Shown: positions 30,307 to 41,366 of the stretch, piece by piece
How positions within the stretch are numbered: position 1 is the first letter of the stretch
How the letters are laid out: every line of letters begins with the position of its first letter
Assembly (NCBI GenBank): GCA_963667015.2
Contig: CAXXJJ010000004.1
Span: 3,616,001-3,680,000, forward strand
Source: Desulfatiglandales bacterium
GTDB taxonomy: Bacteria; Desulfobacterota; DSM-4660; Desulfatiglandales; HGW-15
Direction of reading: 5' to 3'
Length of the DNA: 64,000 bases
Notes under the pieces: model-generated
The model's input: only the letters and a program-made list of their open reading frames with translations
Told to the model about the DNA's origin: nothing
Databases searched by the model: none
Made by a program: the position numbers and the translations under genes

Positions 30307-31356
30307 TTACTTTGCCTTGTTGTTCTTGTTAAACTTACCCTCCCATGCCAGAATTATCGGACTGGCAACAAATATCGAGGAGTAGGTTCCTACAAAAACA
30401 CCGATCAACATTGCAAAGGCAAAGTCATGAATAACTCCGCCGCCGAGCACGAACAGGGCAACAACAACAATCAGGGTTGTAACCGATGTAAGGATTGTTC
30501 TGCTCAGGGTCTCATTTATACTTGAATTCATAACCTCTTTAATATCCTGCTTTTTGAACCGTTTAAGGTTTTCACGGATCCTGTCAAATACAACAATGGT
30601 ATCATTAAGAGAATAACCGACTATAGTCAGCAGGGCCGCAATAATGGCAAGAGATATCTCTCTGTCTGTAAGGGCAAATGCACCTATCGTTATGGTTACG
30701 TCATGAATGAGGGCTATTATGGCACCCATTGCATATTTAAGCTTAAGAATCCAGCAGAGGATAATCGTTACAATCAGGGCAACAATGGTCAGCCATATAA
30801 TAGGAATGCCGACTTTATCCCCCACATACACCACGATGGCAAGGGAACCGGCCATAATTATACTCATAGTCCATTTAAGCTCAAAACGGCCTGATATATA
30901 TATGACTATAAAAAGAATGGAAAAGAATATGGCAAAGGTTGCAGCTTCCTTGAGATCATTTCCAACCTTGGGTCCGACAAATTCGAAATCTCTTATCTCT
31001 GCAGAATCACCAAACTTTTCAGTAAGAGCCTGCTGTACTTTGTCACTAAGGTCCGGCGAGTTTTTTTCTGGATCCTGAACCCTGATAAGATATTCATGTT
31101 CCTCCCTGTCGCCAAATTCCTGAATGATGCTGTCCTGAATATCTTCAGGCAGGGCGTCCTTTATCTCGGAAGGCGTGTGAGCATGCCCCATCTTTACCTG
31201 AATCACAATACCACCGGTAAAATCCACTCCCAGATTCAGCCCGCCCCTGTAGAAGAGCATCACAATAGTAAGAACAATCAGCAAAGAGGAAAGGACATAA
31301 GCCTTTTTTCTATTACCGAGAAAATTTATGTTAATATCATCTTTTATAAATTGCAT
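30307..31356 (-). CDS. secF: Protein translocase subunit SecF
   Basis: GVDFTGG, GYSLNDTIVVFDRIRE, GTYSSIFVA. Confidence 0.95.
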   Translation of the reverse strand: MQFIKDDININFLGNRKKAYVLSSLLIVLTIVMLFYRGGLNLGVDFTGGIVIQVKMGHAHTPSEIKDALPEDIQDSIIQEFGDREEHEYLIRVQDPEKNSPDLSDKVQQALTEKFGDSAEIRDFEFVGPKVGNDLKEAATFAIFFSILFIVIYISGRFELKWTMSIIMAGSLAIVVYVGDKVGIPIIWLTIVALIVTIILCWILKLKYAMGAIIALIHDVTITIGAFALTDREISLAIIAALLTIVGYSLNDTIVVFDRIRENLKRFKKQDIKEVMNSSINETLSRTILTSVTTLIVVVALFVLGGGVIHDFAFAMLIGVFVGTYSSIFVASPIILAWEGKFNKNNKAK

Positions 31357-31395
31357 GAATCAGCTCCATTTATATAAAGGATTATGCGTTTTTCA

Positions 31396-32997
31396 TTAAA
31401 TACTGAGTTTCTTCCAGTTCAGTTTTATATACAGGTAATCAAAAACAAACCTTGCTATGAATACTGCAGTAATAAAGCTTGCCACAATACCAATACTCAG
31501 GGTCACGGCAAAACCCTTTACCGCGCCTGTTCCGAACTGGAATAAAACCAGAGCGGCAATAAAGGTTGTTACATTTGCATCAAGAATTGTAACAGTGGCC
31601 TTGCTGAATCCGCTCTCAATGGCAGTCCTTGGTGTTTTCCCCAGTTTAAGCTCTTCACGTATTCTCTCAAAAATCAACACATTTGCATCTACGGCCATAC
31701 CGATGGTGAGGATAATACCCGCAATACCGGGCAGGGTGAGTGTTGCCTCAAAAACGGCAAGTCCTGCCATTATAAAGATAACATTAAGCAGGAGGGCAAT
31801 ATCCGCAATAATCCCTGAAAAACCATAGTAGATAACCATAAAGATAACCACTATTACGAATCCTGTTATCATGGAGAAAAAACCCTTGTTTATGGAGTCT
31901 TTTCCAAGAGAGGGGCCTACAGTCCTTTCTTCAAGGAAATGAACAGGGGCATCAAGAGAACCGGCCCGCAATACAATGGCCAGATCCCTTGCCTCTTCCA
32001 TTGTAAATCTTCCTGTAATCTGAGCCCTTCCTCCTGCTATCTTTTCATTGATATTTGGAGCTGAATAGACGTTTCCATCAAGGACGATGGCCAGCCGCTC
32101 ACCGACATTTTCACCTGTAATCCTCTCAAAAATCCTCGCGCCCTGGCTGTTAAATGTGAGTGACACATTGGGCTCATTATACTGCTGATCAATGCTAACC
32201 TTGGCATTGCTGATATACTTACCCGTAAGAACCGCTGTTTTTTTAACCAGAAAAGGGGTTTTGTTTATTGTCCCTGTCTTATCACTCCTAACAGTCTCAT
32301 AAAGAAGTTCATCACCCGCCGGGATATTTCCCTTTACTGCCTCATCAACGCTGTTTTTACTGTCAACCAGCTTGAATTCCAGTACGGCAGTCTGTCCTAT
32401 AAGGGCCTTTGCCCTGTCAGGATCGCTGATACCCGGAAGCTGCAGCTGTATCCTGTTGTCTTCGAGCGCACGGATATCCGGCTCTGTGACGCCAAACTGA
32501 TCGATTCTGTTTGTTATTGTTTCAAGAGCCTGATCAGTGGCCATCTTCATAATCTGGGCTTTTGTATCTTTCTTGAGGACAAGTGTATACCTTACGCCTT
32601 TTTCTGCAGGGGCGCCATCCCTGAGCTCATACTCATTGAAACGGGATCTGATCAGATCCTCGAAAGAATCTCTGTGATCCGCGCTCATAATCGTTATATT
32701 TATACCATTGATGCCGTCACGTTTAAGCTCGTAGTATCTTATCTTTTCTTCTCTGAGATTTTCCTTGATATCGTCCACTGCTCTCTGAAGGTCGTTTTTT
32801 ACTGCCTCCTGAACTTCTACTTCAAGGACAAGATGCATCCCTCCCTGGAGATCCAACCCCAGGTGGACACTTTCTTCCGGAAATGCGCCCGGCCACCACT
32901 GTGGCGCTCCGCCCGGCAGTGAAGGAATAAGGTAAAGCAGCGCAATGACTATAAAGATAGCGATTGTTAATCCGCGCCAGCGAAAGTTCTTTGACAC
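31396..32997 (-). CDS. secD: Protein translocase subunit SecD
   Basis: LGLDLQGG, VGPSLG, GMAVDANVLIFERIREE. Confidence 0.95.
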   Translation of the reverse strand: MSKNFRWRGLTIAIFIVIALLYLIPSLPGGAPQWWPGAFPEESVHLGLDLQGGMHLVLEVEVQEAVKNDLQRAVDDIKENLREEKIRYYELKRDGINGINITIMSADHRDSFEDLIRSRFNEYELRDGAPAEKGVRYTLVLKKDTKAQIMKMATDQALETITNRIDQFGVTEPDIRALEDNRIQLQLPGISDPDRAKALIGQTAVLEFKLVDSKNSVDEAVKGNIPAGDELLYETVRSDKTGTINKTPFLVKKTAVLTGKYISNAKVSIDQQYNEPNVSLTFNSQGARIFERITGENVGERLAIVLDGNVYSAPNINEKIAGGRAQITGRFTMEEARDLAIVLRAGSLDAPVHFLEERTVGPSLGKDSINKGFFSMITGFVIVVIFMVIYYGFSGIIADIALLLNVIFIMAGLAVFEATLTLPGIAGIILTIGMAVDANVLIFERIREELKLGKTPRTAIESGFSKATVTILDANVTTFIAALVLFQFGTGAVKGFAVTLSIGIVASFITAVFIARFVFDYLYIKLNWKKLSI

Positions 32998-33038
32998 GAT
33001 TTACGTCCCCCTTTTCTAAATGGCATTAATATTTTTAA

Positions 33039-33353
33039 CTAACTCAGTTTACCGGCAACCGAACCCCTGGATATCTTCACCCTTATCTTTGGGGCTATCT
33101 CCATTGTTATTGCATCATCGGAAAGACCGGTAATAACGCCATGAAGGCCGCCCGAGCTTATTATTTTATCTCCCTTTTTCAGATCATCAAGCATTGCACG
33201 ATGTTCCTTGGCCTTTTTCTGCTGGGGTCTGATAAGCAGAAAATAAAATATGGCAATCAGTGCTAAAGGAAATAACATTGCACTCATGCCTCCTCCCTGT
33301 GCACCTGCTCCTGCCTGACCACCTGCTCCCATGGCGTATGCTACATCTATCAT
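33039..33353 (-). CDS. yajC: Preprotein translocase subunit YajC
   Basis: FYFLLIRPQQK, GD..GGLHG; operon position. Confidence 0.95.
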   Translation of the reverse strand: MIDVAYAMGAGGQAGAGAQGGGMSAMLFPLALIAIFYFLLIRPQQKKAKEHRAMLDDLKKGDKIISSGGLHGVITGLSDDAITMEIAPKIRVKISRGSVAGKLS

Positions 33354-33383
33354 TATACTCCTCCAATCTTCTATTGTTTTGTA

Positions 33384-34487
<1,104 letters not shown>

Positions 34488-34506
34488 TTAATATAATCAT
34501 TCCTTC

Positions 34507-35562
34507 TTAAGTAATCAGCATGGCATCGCCATAGCTGTAAAACCTGTAGGCATTTTTAACGGCATGTTCATATGCCCGTTTTATCAGTTCCCTTCCCCCG
34601 AAAGCTGAAACCAGAAACAGGAGGGACGATTTAGGTAAATGAAAATTTGTAATCAATCCGTCAATGGCCCTGAATGTAAAACCCGGGGTAATTAAAAGCC
34701 CGGTCTTTCCGCTGCCCGGCTCTATCTGTCCTGAAGCCGCAGCCACACTTTCAAGGGTCCTCACGGTTGTTGTGCCTACCGCAATTATCCTTCTCTTTTC
34801 TCTTTTTGCCCTGTCAATCACCCCGGCGGTTTCCGGTGAAATGCTGTAATACTCTTCACCAAGAACATGCTCTCTTATATCATCAACCCTTACAGGTTGA
34901 AATGTTCCGTACCCCACATGGAGGGTTATTCCGGCAATCTCTATTTCGGCCCTCTTTAGTTCTGCTACTGTTTCCTCAGTAAAGTGAAGCCCTGCCGTAG
35001 GGGCCGCAACCGCACCTCTTTTATGAGAAAAGATAGTCTGATATCTTTCCCGGTCAACAGGAGACATATCTTTGCTGTCTCTCTTTATATAGGGCGGCAG
35101 AGGAACCCATCCCTCTTCCTCAAGCAGAAGATCAATGGATAAGGATCCTGTAAACTGTATCTTTGTCAGGCCACCCTCTGCCAGTTCTTCTACTGTACCG
35201 GAAAGACCTTTTTCAAATAAAATCCGACTTCCGACCTTTGGCCTTTTTGAGGACCTGAGAAGACACCACCTTCTGTCAGCCATGGAATCCTGCAGGGATT
35301 CCGGGTGTTCCAGGACCAGGATCTCGGCCCTGCCTCCGCTTTCCTTCATGCCATAGAGCCTGGCAGGCACGACCTTTGTATTATTTATTACAATAAGGTC
35401 TCCTGCCTGAAGGAGCCCGGGGAGATTAAAAAAATTATAATCTGATAATTTTTCCTGTCTTCGGTCTACATGAAGAAGCCGTGACTTGTCCCGTCCTGCA
35501 GCAGGGGTCTGGGCGATCAGGTCTTCGTTTAGATCAAAATCATAATCCTCAATACTGTACAT
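34507..35562 (-). CDS. queA: S-adenosylmethionine:tRNA ribosyltransferase-isomerase
   Basis: PLPPYI, AAPTAGLHF, TNFHLPKS, YRFYSYGDAM. Confidence 0.96.
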   Translation of the reverse strand: MYSIEDYDFDLNEDLIAQTPAAGRDKSRLLHVDRRQEKLSDYNFFNLPGLLQAGDLIVINNTKVVPARLYGMKESGGRAEILVLEHPESLQDSMADRRWCLLRSSKRPKVGSRILFEKGLSGTVEELAEGGLTKIQFTGSLSIDLLLEEEGWVPLPPYIKRDSKDMSPVDRERYQTIFSHKRGAVAAPTAGLHFTEETVAELKRAEIEIAGITLHVGYGTFQPVRVDDIREHVLGEEYYSISPETAGVIDRAKREKRRIIAVGTTTVRTLESVAAASGQIEPGSGKTGLLITPGFTFRAIDGLITNFHLPKSSLLFLVSAFGGRELIKRAYEHAVKNAYRFYSYGDAMLIT

Positions 35563-35644
35563 CAATCGTTGTCCGGATTTTTAGCCTGTCCAATTTTCAT
35601 AAAAGGCGTAACTTATATAAAATATTAAATAAAGTCAAACTATA

Positions 35645-35827
35645 TTAGCGGGACAGGTATGCAAGAAGGAGGCCTGCACACATAGAAAAAAATCCCATCA
35701 CCCTGAGGCTTGAGTCGGGAATTTCCATGATCATCTTCATCCAGTTTTTCATCTTGTCCGGAAATACAAAATATGGAAGACCTTCAACAATAAGTATTAG
35801 ACCAATAAGACATATAAAAAGTTTCAT
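35645..35827 (-). CDS. DUF2065 small membrane protein
   Basis: EGLPYF.FP and LR..G motifs. Confidence 0.75.
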   Translation of the reverse strand: MKLFICLIGLILIVEGLPYFVFPDKMKNWMKMIMEIPDSSLRVMGFFSMCAGLLLAYLSR

Positions 35828-36048
35828 ATTTTCATCTTTCAAAAAAGAGTTGTTTTAATTGTCCGCTTATTCTGAATGGATAATGATATTGGCACTCTAT
35901 CCGGCTGTCAATATGCTGCGTTTATATATATAATCCTTGATATAGGACGGCATATCATATATCTATTATTTTACCCTGTTTGGGTTTCATATTATTATTT
36001 GACATATCCGTCTATTAATTGGATAACCGCTTGCCTGGCGGATTTTTT

Positions 36049-36099
36049 ATTGCGAAGCGCAAGGTCTCATACTTCGCTGCTTGCGGCAGGGCAGTTCAT
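36049..36099 (-). repeat. One-unit copy of the repeat at 3473-3568
   Basis: Reverse complement ATGAACTGCCCTGCCGCAAGCAGCGAAGTATGAGACCTTGCGCTTCGCAAT. Confidence 0.7.
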
Positions 36100-36156
36100 A
36101 TTCAGGCATAATTTGAGAATAACCGGGTAAAACATAAAAGTAATAAGAGAAGTGGT

Positions 36157-37275
36157 ATGGTAATATCGCCGAATAAACTCACGATTGACCTCGAGTCCCT
36201 TGGCTTTAATCTGGAACAGATAAGAAACTGCACAGAAAAAGATACCAAAATAATGGGGATTGTAAAATCGGATGCCTATGGCCACGGCCTTGTTCCGGTT
36301 TCAAAAACTCTTGAAAAAAAAGGGGTTTACTGTCTTGGCGTTTCTTTTATTGAGGAAGCCCTTGAACTGAGAAAAGCAGGTATAAAAATACCAATAGTCA
36401 TCCTCTGTGGTATAGAAACGGATGAGGAAGCTGAGGCTGTAATAGAAAATGCCCTTACACCGGTTATCTTTGATTCAGGGGCAGCAGAAAAGCTTGAAAA
36501 TATTGGCAGGGCAAAGAACAAAAAAGTAAAGATACACGTAAAGATAGATACAGGAATGGGACGCCTTGGAATCGACTGTAATGAGACAGCCGGTTTTCTT
36601 CAGAATTTAAGGAGGTCATCTTTTCTTGAAATCGAGGCACTGATGTCTCACCTTTCTTCTGCGGATGAAGAAGACAGGGAGTTTACACAGGGCCAGATAT
36701 TAAAATTTATTAAAATAGTCACTGAAGCCAGGCGACTGGGAATGGACCTGAATCTCAACCATCTCGCAAACAGCGCCGGCACCGTGGCATATAAAAGTTC
36801 TCACTTTGATATGATACGCCCCGGTATCATGCTTTACGGCGGATTGCCCTGTCCTGGATTTAAGACCGATGTAAAACTTCGGCCGGTAATGGGTCTGAAG
36901 AGCCACATATTGCAGATCCGGGATTTTGAGGATAAAACGCCGGTCAGTTATGGAAGAACCTATTATACTGACGGGGCAAAAAAAATAGCAATTGTCTCCG
37001 CCGGATATGCAGACGGCATCCCAAGATGTTTATCCAACAGAGGGAAGGTTCTTGTGGGGGGAAAAACCTGTAATATTACAGGTAATATATGCATGAACAT
37101 GCTTGCCTGCGATATAACAGGTATCGACAATATAACGGCTGGCGATGAATGTATAATCATGGGCACTCAGGGCCGGGAGGCTATAACCGGTGATGATATT
37201 GCCGGCTTGTGCAGCACAATCTCATATGAGATATTTTTATCAATGGGATGCAGCCTTAAGAGGGAATATATTTAA
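36157..37275 (+). CDS. alr: Alanine racemase
   Basis: VKSDAYGHG, KIDTGMGRLG, RPGIMLYG, GYADG. Confidence 0.95.
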   Translation: MVISPNKLTIDLESLGFNLEQIRNCTEKDTKIMGIVKSDAYGHGLVPVSKTLEKKGVYCLGVSFIEEALELRKAGIKIPIVILCGIETDEEAEAVIENALTPVIFDSGAAEKLENIGRAKNKKVKIHVKIDTGMGRLGIDCNETAGFLQNLRRSSFLEIEALMSHLSSADEEDREFTQGQILKFIKIVTEARRLGMDLNLNHLANSAGTVAYKSSHFDMIRPGIMLYGGLPCPGFKTDVKLRPVMGLKSHILQIRDFEDKTPVSYGRTYYTDGAKKIAIVSAGYADGIPRCLSNRGKVLVGGKTCNITGNICMNMLACDITGIDNITAGDECIIMGTQGREAITGDDIAGLCSTISYEIFLSMGCSLKREYI

Positions 37276-37305
37276 TCCCGTAAAATATGAATCAGGAAAT
37301 GTAAC

Positions 37306-38985
37306 ATGAAGGAAAAACTAAACGATTTACTCAAAAACACAATCGATTACTGCTTTCAGCAGGAACAGCTAAAGGAAACCCCTCTGCCTGATTATGTGAT
37401 AGAGGTTCCGAACAACAGGGACCATGGCCACCTGGCTACCAACCTGCCAATGCTCCTGGCCTCCTCACAGAAGAGGGCTCCAAGGGATATAGCAAAGGTA
37501 ATCGTAGAAAATTTTAAGGACCCGGAAGGCTTTCTGGAAAAAATCGAGATCGCCGGGCCCGGTTTTATAAACTTCACAATCAGCTCTATTGAATGGTTAA
37601 AAATCCTCAAGGACATTATAGAACTCAATGAAAAGTACGGCAGCACCGCCTCAAAAAGGGGAGAAAGCGTGCTTGTTGAATTTGTCAGCGCAAACCCTAC
37701 AGGTCCGCTCCACCTTGGTCACGGGAGGGGCGCTGCTCTGGGAGATACTATCTGCCGGATTCTTGACTTCAGGGGTTATGATGTTGTCAGGGAATTTTAT
37801 ATCAATGATGCCGGTGTGCAGATCAGGCTGCTTGGAGAATCAATATATGCAAGATGGCTGCAGATGAAGAACCCGGACCACCTCTTTCCTGAAAACGGGT
37901 ATCATGGCGATTACATCCTTGATCTTGCAAAGGAAATCGCGGTTGAAAAGGATCTCTCTTCAATGGATGAAGAAACCGCAATAAGCACATGCTCGGAGAT
38001 TGGAAAGGAAAAGATGCTCCTGGAGATTAAAAAGGATCTCGAGCAGTTCCGTGTTGATTTTGATATCTGGTTTAATGAATCCGAACTTTTTGAAAAGGGC
38101 CTTGTTGCCAAATCCCTGGAAGAAATGAAAGAGAAGGATGAGCTCTATGAAAAGGACGGTGCATTATGGATAAAAACAGCCAGTTACGGTGATGACAAGG
38201 ACAGGGTTATCAAAAAGCAGGACGGGCAGTTCACCTATTTTGCATCTGATATATCCTATCATCTTGATAAACATAAAAGGGGATTTTCCAGGGCACTTAA
38301 TCTGTGGGGAGCTGACCATCACGGATATATAAACAGGGTAAAATCAGCCCTTAAGGCTAATGACATTGACGGGAACTGGCTGTCTGTTCTTCTTATCCAG
38401 CTTGTAAAACTCTTTAAAGAGGGCCAGGAAATAAGGATGTCAAAGAGGGCCGGTCAGTATGTAACCATGAAGGACCTGCTGGAAGAGGTTGATGTTGATG
38501 CAGCAAGGTTTGTATTTTTGACTAAAACCCATGACTCTGCCCTTGATTTTGACATAGACATGGTAAAAAAACATGACAACGATAATCCTGTTTACTATGT
38601 CCAGTATGCACACGCAAGGATATGCAGTATCTTCAGGAAGGCTGAAGATGAAGGCATTGATATCGCACTGAATATTGACGAAAATGATTTAACCGGGCTG
38701 AAACTTGATGAAGAGGTGGACCTGATCAGGTACCTTGAAGGTTTTACAGAGCTCCTTGACAGCATCTGCAAATCCTTTGAGGCCCACAGGCTGACCTATT
38801 ACCTGACTGACCTTGCGGCGCGTTTTCACAGGTATTTTAATCTTGGAATCAAGGATGGAGGCAACCGTATCATTACCGAGGACCTCCACCTGACAAAGGC
38901 AAGACTTGCACTTGTCGCAGGAGTAAAAACAGTCATAAGAAACGGATTAAACCTTCTGGGAGTAAGTGCTCCGGAAAAGATGTAA
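37306..38985 (+). CDS. argS: Arginine--tRNA ligase
   Basis: SANPTGPLHLGH, GADHHGY, MSKRAG, YYVQYAHAR, APEKM. Confidence 0.97.
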   Translation: MKEKLNDLLKNTIDYCFQQEQLKETPLPDYVIEVPNNRDHGHLATNLPMLLASSQKRAPRDIAKVIVENFKDPEGFLEKIEIAGPGFINFTISSIEWLKILKDIIELNEKYGSTASKRGESVLVEFVSANPTGPLHLGHGRGAALGDTICRILDFRGYDVVREFYINDAGVQIRLLGESIYARWLQMKNPDHLFPENGYHGDYILDLAKEIAVEKDLSSMDEETAISTCSEIGKEKMLLEIKKDLEQFRVDFDIWFNESELFEKGLVAKSLEEMKEKDELYEKDGALWIKTASYGDDKDRVIKKQDGQFTYFASDISYHLDKHKRGFSRALNLWGADHHGYINRVKSALKANDIDGNWLSVLLIQLVKLFKEGQEIRMSKRAGQYVTMKDLLEEVDVDAARFVFLTKTHDSALDFDIDMVKKHDNDNPVYYVQYAHARICSIFRKAEDEGIDIALNIDENDLTGLKLDEEVDLIRYLEGFTELLDSICKSFEAHRLTYYLTDLAARFHRYFNLGIKDGGNRIITEDLHLTKARLALVAGVKTVIRNGLNLLGVSAPEKM

Positions 38986-38994
38986 CCTGATAAA

Positions 38995-39651
38995 ATGGCA
39001 AAAAAAAAACAGAGTAAAAAATCTCAAAAAATAAAGATTGAACTGACTCCTTTTTCAATATTTCTGTGGAGTCTTTTTCTGCTTTTTCTGCTGGCCTGGG
39101 TCTTTGTACTGGGAATCCTCGCAGGAAGGGGTTTGCTGCCCGGGACTATGCCCAATCCCTTAAAAAAACTTAAGCAGACGATAAACCAGAAGGAAGAGTA
39201 TGAATATAAAGAGCCGAAAAAAGATCCTGCATTTGTTTTTTATGACAATCTTGAGAGCAAAAAGAATGAAGTAAAAAGGAGAAGCATTCCTCCAAGGGAG
39301 AAAGAATCATCTCAGAAGATTACGCTTTCAAGGGATGAGGAGGCACCTGTACCCGAAAAACCGAAATCCGGAGAAATAAGTGAGGATAAACCCTTGCCGG
39401 CAACTCAACTTCAGGATTTCTTTTCTGTGCAGATAGCCTCAGTAAGTGACTCGGGAAGGGCCGAAACCCTTGTAAAAGAACTTGTTGATCAGGATTATGA
39501 TGCGTATTATTATAGCGCTACAGTGAATGGGAAAAAAACATACAGGATAATGTGCGGAAGGTTTTCCAGGCGCAGTGAAGCGGTTATGTGTCTTAACAAA
39601 TTAAAAAGAGATACCGGCTATAAGGGTTTTATTGTAAAGGTTGACAAATAG
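38995..39651 (+). CDS. SPOR-domain membrane protein
   Basis: TM helix and C-terminal SPOR (VQIAS..YRIMCGRF); follows argS. Confidence 0.8.
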   Translation: MAKKKQSKKSQKIKIELTPFSIFLWSLFLLFLLAWVFVLGILAGRGLLPGTMPNPLKKLKQTINQKEEYEYKEPKKDPAFVFYDNLESKKNEVKRRSIPPREKESSQKITLSRDEEAPVPEKPKSGEISEDKPLPATQLQDFFSVQIASVSDSGRAETLVKELVDQDYDAYYYSATVNGKKTYRIMCGRFSRRSEAVMCLNKLKRDTGYKGFIVKVDK

Positions 39652-39652
39652 T

Positions 39653-40105
39653 ATGTTAAAAAAACCGGTCGTAGGTGAAGTCATACAGATTCAGCGGCTC
39701 CTCAATCATTTTGGAGACAGAGGTGTCTTGCTGCCAAGATCCCTCAGTGAACTGTATGAGCACCTGAGGGACTTTTATGTTATTTCTGATGATGAGGAAA
39801 ATATCATTGCGATCTGTGCCCTTGGCTTGTGCTGGGAAGAACTTGCAGAGATAAGGTCCCTGGCGGTGGCTGAAAAACACCAGGGACAGCATTACGGCAT
39901 CATGCTTGTTGAAAGATGCATTGAAGAAGCCAAAACCCTTGGTCTTAAAAAAATATTTACACTCACTTATGTACCGGAGTATTTTAAAAAACTGGGATTC
40001 AGCATTGTTGACAAGTCCGAACTGCCCCATAAGGTATGGTCAGACTGTCTGAAATGTCCGAAATTCCCCGATTGTGATGAAACGGCATTAATTAAGGAAA
40101 TATAA
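39653..40105 (+). CDS. argA: GNAT N-acetyltransferase (short ArgA type)
   Basis: LLPRSLSELYE..RDF, AEIRSLAV, LPHKVWSDCLKCPKFPDCDE. Confidence 0.8.
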   Translation: MLKKPVVGEVIQIQRLLNHFGDRGVLLPRSLSELYEHLRDFYVISDDEENIIAICALGLCWEELAEIRSLAVAEKHQGQHYGIMLVERCIEEAKTLGLKKIFTLTYVPEYFKKLGFSIVDKSELPHKVWSDCLKCPKFPDCDETALIKEI

Positions 40106-40128
40106 CACTTTAAAAAAAGAGGTTTATT

Positions 40129-40491
40129 ATGTTCGGCATTGGACTGCCAGAATTGATAGTCATAATGGTCATAGCCCTGGTTGTAATAGGACCCAGCAAA
40201 TTACCGGATCTGGCAAGAGCACTTGGCAAAGGGCTCGCTGAGTTTAAGAAGGCGTCACAGGAAATAAAGGACAGCTTTAACCTGGACGAAGAACTCAGCA
40301 CTATCAAGAACGACACGATCGACACAATAAATGATTTTAAGGACTCCCTGGAAGATACAGATGAAGACGAGGATGATGATTCAGAACCCACTCCCGCTGA
40401 AGAAGAGATGACGTCTGCTGAGGATATAGATGAGACAGATGACTCTGAGGTTTCTGATAAAGAAAAAAAGGAGACCCCTGCAGATGAATGA
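40129..40491 (+). CDS. tatB: Tat translocase TatB (TatA/B family)
   Basis: [25 protein letters not shown]; acidic tail. Confidence 0.8.
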   Translation: MFGIGLPELIVIMVIALVVIGPSKLPDLARALGKGLAEFKKASQEIKDSFNLDEELSTIKNDTIDTINDFKDSLEDTDEDEDDDSEPTPAEEEMTSAEDIDETDDSEVSDKEKKETPADE

Positions 40492-41239
40492 TGAAGCAAA
40501 GCAGCCCTTCATGAGCCACCTTGAAGAACTTCGGAAAAGGCTTATCAACTCCTTTATTGCTGTCGGCGTCGCATTTTGCGGTGCCTTTTATTTCGCTGAC
40601 GATCTGTTTGATATTTTAATGAGGCCTCTGACAAACGCAATGGCTGAAGGACAGACCCTTATTTTTACTGGCCTGACGGAAAAGTTTTTCACAAACCTAA
40701 AAACAGCATTGGTCGCCGGAATCCTCATTGCCTCGCCGGTATTATTTCTCCAGGCATGGAAATTTATAGCACCGGGCCTGTATCAGAATGAAAAAAAATA
40801 TGTCATCCCCTTTGTAATCTCCTCGACAATTCTTTTTGTAGGCGGGGCACTGTTCGGATATTTTATTGTTTTCCCCTATGGATTCCAGTTTTTTCTTGGA
40901 TTCGAGACCGAGACCATAAGGGCGATGCCTTCAGTAAAGGAATATTTCTCCCTTGCGACAAGGCTGCTCCTTGCATTCGGCCTTGTGTTTGAATTGCCAG
41001 TTGTGATGTTTTTCCTGTCAAAGATGGGCGTTGTAACAGTTCCTTTTTTGAAGAAGAATCGTAAATACGCCATTCTTTTGAGTTTTGTCCTGGCTGCCAT
41101 ACTAACTCCGCCGGATCCTACAACCCAGTGTATGATGGCCGTACCGTTAATAGTTTTATATGAGATAGGCATTTTTGTTGCCCGATTCGCCAGGCCGGAT
41201 AAAAAGGAACAGGAAGCCGAGGAAGATAACGAAGAATAA
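40484..41239 (+). CDS. tatC: Tat translocase TatC
   Basis: [23 protein letters not shown]. Confidence 0.95.
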   Translation: MNDEAKQPFMSHLEELRKRLINSFIAVGVAFCGAFYFADDLFDILMRPLTNAMAEGQTLIFTGLTEKFFTNLKTALVAGILIASPVLFLQAWKFIAPGLYQNEKKYVIPFVISSTILFVGGALFGYFIVFPYGFQFFLGFETETIRAMPSVKEYFSLATRLLLAFGLVFELPVVMFFLSKMGVVTVPFLKKNRKYAILLSFVLAAILTPPDPTTQCMMAVPLIVLYEIGIFVARFARPDKKEQEAEEDNEE

Positions 41240-41299
41240 CAGGCACAAGCGAGGCAGCATAAATAACAATCGATAATTTGACCTTGTGCTTCTTAAAAA

Positions 41300-41344
41300 A
41301 AACAAATCTCCATCCATGACTGCCTCATGGATGGAGATTTGTTT
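41300..41344. terminator. Bidirectional terminator
   Basis: Perfect 20-bp stem AAACAAATCTCCATCCATGA / TCATGGATGGAGATTTGTTT. Confidence 0.8.
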
Positions 41345-41366
41345 ATAAACCAATTACTTATATTTT